Shown here in pieces: positions 56,348 to 64,000 of a DNA stretch of 64,000 bases. The DNA comes from Alphaproteobacteria bacterium (lineage in GTDB: Bacteria; Pseudomonadota; Alphaproteobacteria; Rickettsiales; UBA3002). The notes under the pieces were generated by a model. That model saw nothing but the letters and a program-made list of their open reading frames with translations. It was not told where the DNA came from and did no database searches. Position 1 is the first letter of the stretch. Each line of letters begins with the position of its first letter. Position numbers and translations under genes: made by a program. The stretch covers positions 23,735 through 87,734 of the forward strand of contig JBBCHK010000014.1 in the NCBI GenBank assembly GCA_037200745.1, in the 5' to 3' direction.

Positions 56348-56835
56348 CAGAAGACTTCCTCGCGCGTGACGCCCCAGATGTCGGCCTTCCTGATCCACGC
56401 CTTGCGGCCGGCGAGCTCGACGCGGCACCAGTCGGGGCGGCAGGCGAGGAGCTTCGCCGTCACCATCGGCGCGGCGCGGATGATGGGGGCGGAGGTCACT
56501 TCCGCCTCGGCGTAAAGGTTCTGCGGCTTGTCCATGATGAGGATGTCGCGCTCACCGGAAATCATCGTCTGCTGCACCCAGCCGACCGAGCCTTCGTAAT
56601 CCTTGATCTTCCGCCAGTGCGCGAACTCCTCGATGACCTGCACCGGCAGGTGCGCGCGATGATAGACCCAGCGGATCGGGTAGCGCTCGCCGGGGCCGAC
56701 GCGCACGTTCACCTCGTCGGATTTCAGCGTCACGAAGCGCGGGATCGGCAGGCCGGACGGGTTGAGGATGGAAGCGTCCTGCGCGAAGGCAGGCGCAGCG
56801 AGCAGCAGGGAAAGTAGAAGCGCGCGGCGGAACAT
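56347..56835 (-). CDS. Bacterial SH3-domain protein
   Basis: SGLPIPRFVTLK..EVNVRVGPG..YPI.W, WRKI.D.EG..GWV, LWGV-like C-terminus. Confidence 0.92.
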   Translation of the reverse strand: MFRRALLLSLLLAAPAFAQDASILNPSGLPIPRFVTLKSDEVNVRVGPGERYPIRWVYHRAHLPVQVIEEFAHWRKIKDYEGSVGWVQQTMISGERDILIMDKPQNLYAEAEVTSAPIIRAAPMVTAKLLACRPDWCRVELAGRKAWIRKADIWGVTREEVF

Positions 56836-56842
56836 GCGCGTC

Positions 56843-57582
56843 TTATAGTATGGAAACCGCACACCGGACAATCGCCATCGCGGGAACGTTCCACAAGCCG
56901 CACGGCGCCGGTATGGCCGTCGAACAGCGCCAGCCTATCGGCCAGCGCCGGATTCCCGAGCGCCACGCGCAGCACCTCGAGTGCCTGCGCGCTGCCCACC
57001 ATGCCCACCAGCGGGCCGATGACGCCGGTGGCCGTGCAGGTATCGGCGTCCGGCGCCTCCGCGTGGACGAGGCAGCGATAGCACGGCCCGCCGGGCGCGA
57101 CGGTCATCAGTTGGCCGCTCCAGCCGGCGACGGCGGCGCTGACCAGCGGCTTCTTCGCCTTCACGCAGGCGTCGTTCAAGGCAAAGCGGGGTGGCGAAAT
57201 TATCCGAGCCGTCGGCGACGATGTCGTAACCGGCGATGAGCGCGTCGGCATTGTCTTCGTTCAGCGATTCGCCGTGGGTGATGACCTTGACGTCCGGATT
57301 GAGCTCGGCGACGCGGTCGCTGGCCGACTCGATCTTCAGCCGGCCGACGTCGCCGGTCTCGTGGACGATCTGGCGGGCGAGGTTGGAGAGCTCCACCCGG
57401 TCGTCGTCGCAGATGCCGAGCGTGCCGATGCCGGCGGCCGCAAGGTAACTGATGAGCGCCGAGCCCAGCCCGCCCGCGCCGACGATGAGCACGCGCGTGC
57501 GCAGGAGCGTCTCCTGCCCCGCTGCGCCGATCTCCGGTAACATGGCCTGCCGCGCATAGCGCCGCTGCTGGTCGAGGTTCAT
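56843..57582 (-). CDS. HesA/MoeB/ThiF-family adenylyltransferase (indels; end approximate)
   Basis: RYARQ, VGAGGLG, DDDRVELSNLARQ, DGSDNF, PCYRC, CPVC. Confidence 0.92.
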
Positions 57583-57612
57583 GGCAGTATCATGTCACAT
57601 CGGCTTGCTTTT

Positions 57613-57640
57613 TGTCACCCCGGCGCATGCCGGTATGACA
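57613..57640. repeat. Collapsed single-hairpin GTC-tagged element
   Basis: TGTCACCCCGGCGCATGCCGGTATGACA keeps both TGTCA/TGACA ends; 3 nt from the cysK stop. Confidence 0.65.
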
Positions 57641-57643
57641 GTT

Positions 57644-58617
57644 TTAAAGGTCGGCGAACAGCGCGGTCGACAAATAGCGCTCGGCGCTGGAGGGGATGAT
57701 GGCGACGATGGTCTTGCCTTTCATCGCCTCGCGCTTGGCGACTTCGAGCGCCGCGTAGACCGCCGCGCCGGAGGAAATGCCGACCGGGATGCCTTCGAGC
57801 TTCGCCACCTCGCGCGCGGTGGCGAAGGCGGATTCGTTGCTCACCGTGATGACCTCGTCGATGAGGTCGCGCTGCAGCACGTCGGGGATGAAGCCGGCGC
57901 CGATGCCCTGGATTTTATGCGGGCCGGGATTGCCGCCGGAGAGCACCGGGCTGTCCTCGGGCTCGACGGCGATCATCTTTACGTCCTTCTTGCGCTCCTT
58001 GAGCACCTGGCCGACGCCGGTGATGGTGCCGCCGGTGCCGACGCCGGAGATCACCGCATCGACCTCGCCGCCGGTGTCCTGCCAGATTTCTTCCGCCGTG
58101 GTCCGCGTGTGCACCCACGGGTTGGCGAGGTTCTTGAACTGCTGCATCAGCACCGCTTTCGGGTTTGCCGGCGACAATCTCCTCCGCCTTCTCGATGGCG
58201 CCGCGCATGCCTTTGGCCGCCGGCGTCAGCTCGAGCTCGGCGCCGAGCAGCTGCAGCATCTTGCGCCGCTCCAGCGACATCGATTCCGGCATGGTGAGGA
58301 TGAGCTTGTAGCCCTTCGCCGCCGCAATGAAGGCGAGAGATGCCGGTGTTGCCCGAGGTCGGCTCGACCAGCACGGAATCCGGCTTGAGGGCGCCGTCGC
58401 GCTCGGCGACCTCGATCATCGACAGCGCGATGCGGTCCTTGACCGAGGAGAGCGGGTTGAAGAATTCGAGCTTGGCGTAGACGGTCGCCAGCGCGCCCGC
58501 CTGCTCGGCGATGCGGTTGAGCTTGACCAGCGGCGTGGCGCCGATGGTCTCGATGATGCTGTCGTAGGTGCGGCCGCGCGGGGCGTCCAGGTGGTCGAGG
58601 CCGGTGCGAAGGGTCAT
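57644..58617 (-). CDS. cysK: Cysteine synthase A (indels)
   Basis: [50 protein letters not shown]. Confidence 0.97.
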
Positions 58618-58626
58618 GGTATTCTC

Positions 58627-59068
58627 CTAAATGGCGAAATCGGTAGCGGTGGCGTAGGCGGGCTTGAGGCCGTGGGCGGCCGCGCGCTCGCACAGCGAAG
58701 CGACGTTGAGCTCGGCCAGCGCCTCGCTCCAGCGATAGAGCGCGACCTCCGTCTCAGGCGTCAATACTTTTTGCCCGAGCTCGGTATGCGACGGCGGCAG
58801 CGCGCGCTCCTCGCGCAGCGCGTCGCAGATGTCCTTCAACCGAGATGCGGCGGCGCTCGCGGCCGAGGATGTAGCCGCCCTGCGGCCCGCGCACGCCCTT
58901 GAGGATGCCGGCCTTCACCAGCTTCTGCATCAGCGGCTCGAGGTAGCGCGCGGGCAGGCCCTGCTGCGCCGCGACCTCCGAGCCGGCGATGGGGCCGGTC
59001 TTGCCGTTATAGGCGATGAACAGCACCGCCTCGACGGCATAGAAAAGTTTTTTCGAGGGGACGAGCAT
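58627..59068 (-). CDS. Rrf2-family transcriptional regulator (indel)
   Basis: [33 protein letters not shown]. Confidence 0.92.
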
Positions 59069-59541
59069 CAGGGCGCCCTGGGCTTTCTTGTGGATGCCGG
59101 TCGAGCCGAATCCGCCCGTCCCGCGCTCGGAGGAAGGCAGCTCGGCGACTTCGGCGAACGTCGCGCGGGTGTAAGGCGCGACGATCATCTGCGCGATGCG
59201 CATGCCGCGCTCGACGGTGAAATCCGCCTGGCCGAGGTTCAGTAAAATGACGCCGACCTCGCCGCGGTAATCCGCATCGACCGTGCCCGGCGCGTTGGCC
59301 ACGGTGACGCCGTGCTTGAGCGCGAGGCCGGAGCGCGGCCGCACCTGCGCCTCGTACCCGTCCGGCAACGCGATGGTCAGGCCGGTCGGGATCAATTTGC
59401 GCTCGCCCGGTTTCAGCATGACCGGCGCAATCGACGGCGGCGAGCAGGTCCATGCCCGCGCTATGCGGCGTCGCGTAGGCGGGCAAAAGCGAGGTCGTGC
59501 GCGTGCGGCAGGCGGGTCAAGGCGATGGTGACGTGGCTCAT
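59068..59541 (-). CDS. dut: dUTPase (indels)
   Basis: [39 protein letters not shown]. Confidence 0.96.
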
Positions 59542-59567
59542 GATGCTTTCCCCTTGTGTTTCTTATT

Positions 59568-59662
59568 CTCCTCCCCCCGCCGGGGGGAGGTTGGGAGGGG
59601 GGCATTGCCGGAACGCGGCGCTGCCGGCGCCCCCACCCTAGCCCTCCCCCTGTGGGGAAGAG
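59568..59662. repeat. CCCTC-type palindromic element B5 overlapping the coaBC 3' end
   Basis: CTCCTCCCCCCGCCGGGGGGAGGTTGGGAGGGGGG / CCCCCACCCTAGCCCTCCCCCTGTGGGGAAGAG. Confidence 0.85.
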
Positions 59663-60912
59663 TTAAAGTAGGCGGCGATCTCCTGAACGAGCCGGTCCGC
59701 GACGTCGCGCTTGCTCATGCGCTCCCACTGCTTTTCGCCGCCTTCGGTGATGAAAAGCACTTCGTTGTCCCCGGCGCCGAACACCGCGCCGCGGCGACCG
59801 AATTGGCGAGCACCCAGTCGGCGCGCTTGGCAAGGCGCTTGGCGCCCGCGCGCTCGGAAAGCTTCTCCGTCTCCGCCGCGAAGCCGATCACCAGCGCCGG
59901 GCGGCGGCGATGGCTCGCGATACCGGCCAGCACGTCGACCCGTCGGCACGAATTCCAGGTGCAGCTTGCGCTCGCGCGGCGATTTCTTGCGTTTGCCCGG
60001 ATAGGGGTGCTCGGCCCGCCAGTCCGTGACCGCCGCCGCGCCGACGAAAATATCGGCGGGCAGGGCGTCGAACGCCGCGTCGAGCATCTCCCGCGCCGTC
60101 GTGACGTTCAGCACGTTCACCCCCGCGCGGCGGCGGCAGCGCCACCGGGCCGCTGACGAGCGTGACGTCCGCCCCCGCCTCGGCGAGCGCTTCGGCGATG
60201 GCATGGCCCTGCCGCCCGGAGGAATGGTTGGTCAGGCTGCGCACGTCGTCGAGCGGCTCCGATGTCGGCCCGCTGGTGACGATGGCGCGGCGGCCTTTCA
60301 ATGCTCCGTCATGCCCGGACGCGCGCAGCGCGGGCCGGGCATCCATGGATCCCCGGACGACGCGATGCGTCGCCGAGGATGACGAACTCAGATATTTTAG
60401 GATCGCCTCCGGCTCCGCCATTCTTCCGATACCGAATTCGCCGCAGGCCATCTCGCCCTCGGTCGGCTCGACGATGGAAACGCGTCGGCGCGCAGCTGCG
60501 CGACGTTGCGCTGCGTCGCCGCGTGCGACCACATGCGATGGTTCATCGCCGGGGCGACGACGACCGGCTTGTCGGTGGCGAGCAGGGCGGTGGTGGCGAG
60601 GTCGTCGGCGATGCCGGCCGCCATCTTCGCCAGCAGGTCGGCGGAGGCGGGGGCGACCACGACCAGCCCGGCGATGCGCGACAGCTCGATATGCCCCATC
60701 TCGACCTCGTCGGTCAGCGAGAACAGGTCGTCGTAGGTCTTGGTGCCGGTGAGGGAGGAGACCGCGAGCGGCGTGATGAACTTCGCGCCGCCCCTGGTGA
60801 GGATCGCGTGGATCTCGACGCCCTCTTTCTTCAGCAGGCGCACCAGCTCCAGCGACTTATAGGACGCGACCGAGCCACTGATGACGAGCAGGATGGAACG
60901 CGGCAATGCCAT
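59638..60912 (-). CDS. coaBC: Phosphopantothenoylcysteine decarboxylase/ligase (indels)
   Basis: [49 protein letters not shown]. Confidence 0.96.
60307..60384. repeat. CGTC-tagged element, subfamily D, inserted in frame in coaBC (78 bp)
   Basis: Near copy of 10379-10456; translated within [33 protein letters not shown]. Confidence 0.93.
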
Positions 60913-60997
60913 GTGGTTTCCCAAAAATTACATCGGAACGCTGTATTAGTCCTTGTTGCGCTGCAGCGCAAATGGATTTCCGGCAAGAAACGGTGTG

Positions 60998-62554
60998 TTA
61001 CTGGAATTTATGGACAAGCTGCACGGCCAGCAGCGCTGCCAGCAGAAGCGCCAGCGTCCAACCCAGTCGCTGCTGGTTGCGGTGCTGGACGGCGCGCTGG
61101 CTTTCGAGGTCCGCCAGCGAATCCGAGGAGACGGTGAGGCCGCGCGCGCGCGTTTCCTCAAGATATGCCTTCATTTCGCGCAGCATGCGCGGCGCGTCGC
61201 GCAGGGACGGCCACGGCTTCCTTCGCGAACAGCTTCAGCCGCGCCGGCGCCGAGAGATGCTCGTCCGCCCACTGGCGGATCAGCGGCTCGGCGAGCTTCC
61301 ACATATTCACATCCGGGTTTAACAGCCGTCCAACGCCCTCGGCGGTGACCATGGTCTTCTGCAGCAACAGTAAATGCGGCTGCGCTTCCATCTCGAAGGT
61401 GCGGGCGATGCCGATCAGCTGGCCGAGCAGGCGGCCGACGGAGATCTCGCTCATCGTCTTGCCCATGATCGGCTGGCCGACGGCGCGCGCCGCCTGCGCG
61501 AATGCGTTGAGGTCGATATGCGCCGGGATCCACCCTGCCTCGCGGTGGACGCGGGGCGACCTCGGCGTAGTCGCCCTGCAGGAACGCCCAGAGGATGCGG
61601 GCGAGGACAAGCTGGTCGGCCTCGTCGATGCGGCCCATGATGCCGAAATCGACCGGCGCCAGCCGCCCGTCCGGCAGCACGAACAGGTTGCCGGGATGCA
61701 TGTCGGCATGGAAGAACCCGTCGCGGAAGACCTGGTTGAAGAAGGCGCGCGAGGCTTTTTCCATCAGCGCGTTACGGTCGAGGCCGGCTCTCGCGATGGC
61801 GTCGAAATCGGAAATGGAGAAGCCGCGCACGCGCTCGGTGGTAAGCACGCGGCGCGCGGTGCGCGCCCCAGTCGACGGCGGGTACGTAGAAGTCCGGATC
61901 GTCGCGCGTATTGGCCTTCAGCTCTTCCGCTGCGGCGGCTTCGAGGCGCAGGTCGAGCTCGATGGAAATGGTGCGCGCGAAGGTCTCGACCATTTCGAGC
62001 GGCTTCAGGCGGCGGTAATGCGGCAGGCGGCGGAAGGCGATCTCGGCCAGCCAGCGCAGCAGCTCGGTATCGCGCGCGAACTCCGCCTCGATATGCGGGC
62101 GCAGGATTTTTACGGCGACCTCGCGCCCGTCGGTCGTCGTCGCGAAATGCACCTGCGCGATCGACGCGGCGGCGACGGATTCATCTTCAAAGCTACTAAA
62201 GAGGGATGCGATGGGCGCGCCGAGCTGTTCTTCGACCGTGGCGCGGGCGATGGATGTGGCGAATGGCGGCAGCCGGTCCTGCAGCACGGAGAGATCGGCG
62301 GCGACGTCCTCGCCGATGAGGTCGGCGCGCGTCGAGAGCGCCTGGCCGAGCTTGATGGCGGTGGGGCCGAGCGCCTGCAGCGCCAGCGCAAGCCGCACGC
62401 CGGGCCGCTGCTTCACGCGGCGGCGGGCGAGGCGGCAGAGGCCGAGCAGCGCCGGCGACACGCCGAGCGCCTCCAGCGGGAACAGCGCGTCGTAGCGCGC
62501 CAGCGTCCAGCCGATGGCGAAAAGCCGCAGCGTATGGCGCGCGTCGGTCAGCAT
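60998..62554 (-). CDS. ubiB: UbiB ABC1 kinase-like protein (indels)
   Basis: LGPTAIKLGQALSTR.D, AAASIAQVH, VAVKILRP, GFFHADMHPGN, DFGIMG. Confidence 0.96.
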
Positions 62555-63291
62555 CAGACGCGCCACCCGCGATGGATGGCGACGACGCCGAGCGAAAGGT
62601 TGCGGAACGTCACCTTGTCGAAACCGGCATCGCGCATCATCGCCGCGAGTTTCTCTTGCGGCGGGAACATGCGGATCGACTCGACGAGGTACTGGTAGGA
62701 GGGCGCGGTCGCCCGCCACCAGCTCGCCCGAGCTTGGGGATGACGTGGAAGGAATACCGGTCGTAGAGCTTCTGCAGCGGCGCGACGCCAAGCTTGCTGA
62801 ATTCGAGGCAAAGGAACTGCCCGCCGGGCTTCAGCGCGCGGTAGGCCTCGGCGAGGGCGCGCGGGATATCGGTGACGTTGCGCAGCCCGAAGGCGATGGT
62901 GATGACGTCGAGCGACTTGTCGGTCACCGGCAGCGATTCGGCATTGCCAGCGACCAGCGCAGCGCTTTCCACTCGCCGCGATCGAACTGGCGGGCGCGGC
63001 CCTGCGTCAGCATGTCGGCGTTGATGTCCATGACGGTGACCGGCGCGCCGCTGCGTTTGTTCAGGCGCACCGCGATGTCGCCCGTGCCGCCGGCGAGGTC
63101 GACGATGCGCGCGCTCGCGCCGACATTCACCATGCGCACGAACTCGTCCTTCCAGCGGCGATGCAGGCCGACGGACATCACGTCGTTCATCAGGTCGTAG
63201 CGCGAGGCGACCGACGAGATACCTCGCCGACCAGCCTGCGCTTCTCGCCGGTGCCGACATGGCGAAAGCCGAAATGGGTTTCCTGTTCCAT
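62554..63291 (-). CDS. ubiE: Ubiquinone/menaquinone methyltransferase UbiE (indels)
   Basis: [52 protein letters not shown]. Confidence 0.97.
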
Positions 63292-63357
63292 CGATGCCTA
63301 TATATAAGTAGTGCCGCGTCGTAGCCGGTTTTGGCGCGTGCGACAATGGGAAAGCCG

Positions 63358-64000
63358 ATGCCCGAGCTGCCAGAGGTCGAGACCACCCGTCGCGGATTGC
63401 TGCCGCGCGTGAAGGGCGCGCGCATCGATTCGGTCGAGCTGCGCCGGCCCGACCTGCGTCGGCCGATCACCAAAGGGCTGGCGAAACGTGTTGCCGGGGC
63501 GCGCGTCACGAACATTCGCCGCCGCGCGAAATATTTGCTGATGGACCTCGACTCGGGCGAGACGCTGCTCATCCATCTCGGCATGTCGGGAAGCTTGCGC
63601 GTCATCGAGGCGAAGAAGGAATATGCGCCGCGCAAACACGACCACGTCGTCTTTCATCTCGAGAACGGCGACAGTCTCGTCTTCCATGACCCGCGACGCT
63701 TCGGGCTCCTGCTCCTGCTGAATAAGGGCGAGGAGGAAACGCATCCGCTGCTGACGCATCTCGGGTCCGAGCCGCTGTCGAAAAGCTTCAACGCAAAATA
63801 CCTCGAGGCCGCGCTCAGCAAACGCAGCGGCCCGGTCAAGCCGGCGCTGATGGACCAGAAGCTCGTCGTCGGCGTCGGCAATATCTATGCGAGCGAGAGC
63901 CTGTTCCTGGCGAAGATCGATCCGCGCGCGCCGGCAAAAAGCGTCGCGCCGCGATCGGCAAAGCTTGCGGACGCGATCAAAACGACGTTGAAAAAAGCGC
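63358..64000 (+). CDS. mutM: Formamidopyrimidine-DNA glycosylase, runs off window end
   Basis: [44 protein letters not shown]. Confidence 0.97.
   Translation, partial: MPELPEVETTRRGLLPRVKGARIDSVELRRPDLRRPITKGLAKRVAGARVTNIRRRAKYLLMDLDSGETLLIHLGMSGSLRVIEAKKEYAPRKHDHVVFHLENGDSLVFHDPRRFGLLLLLNKGEEETHPLLTHLGSEPLSKSFNAKYLEAALSKRSGPVKPALMDQKLVVGVGNIYASESLFLAKIDPRAPAKSVAPRSAKLADAIKTTLKKA

Noticed and set aside
58627-59541. Apparent dut-Rrf2 in-frame fusion
   Set aside because: A TGATG stop/start overlap sits at the junction and the region is indel-rich, so one missing base would explain it.

Overview
This is GC-rich alphaproteobacterial chromosome, mostly housekeeping genes: trpG/trpE, ppiD-like, tpiA-secG-pyrG-kdsA-eno-ftsB, the pdhABC-lpdA operon, tRNA-Leu(CAG), rnd-kdsD-lptCAB, ccmDEFGHI, a type IVa pilus/T2SS-like cluster with pilT/pilU, pyrD, polA, and coaBC-ubiB-ubiE-mutM. 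Many essential genes carry single-base indels, which look like long-read sequencing error rather than real pseudogenes. The main unexplained structure is a dense set of small palindromic elements. About 16 are GTC-tagged double-hairpin (REP/RPE-like) elements and 5 are CCCTC-type. There is also a nested GCGAAGC module and a CTAG-heptamer inverted repeat. Two GTC-tagged elements (17087-17441 and 26960-27300) each enclose one AT-rich, about 95-aa GIY-YIG nuclease gene between their arms. Gene-less copies with the same arms are scattered through the window, often just after stop codons, and three lie in frame inside polA, coaBC and lptA. My best candidate for an undescribed system is a GIY-YIG-associated REP-like mobile family: an autonomous nuclease cassette plus non-autonomous copies, analogous to RAYT/REP but with a different enzyme.
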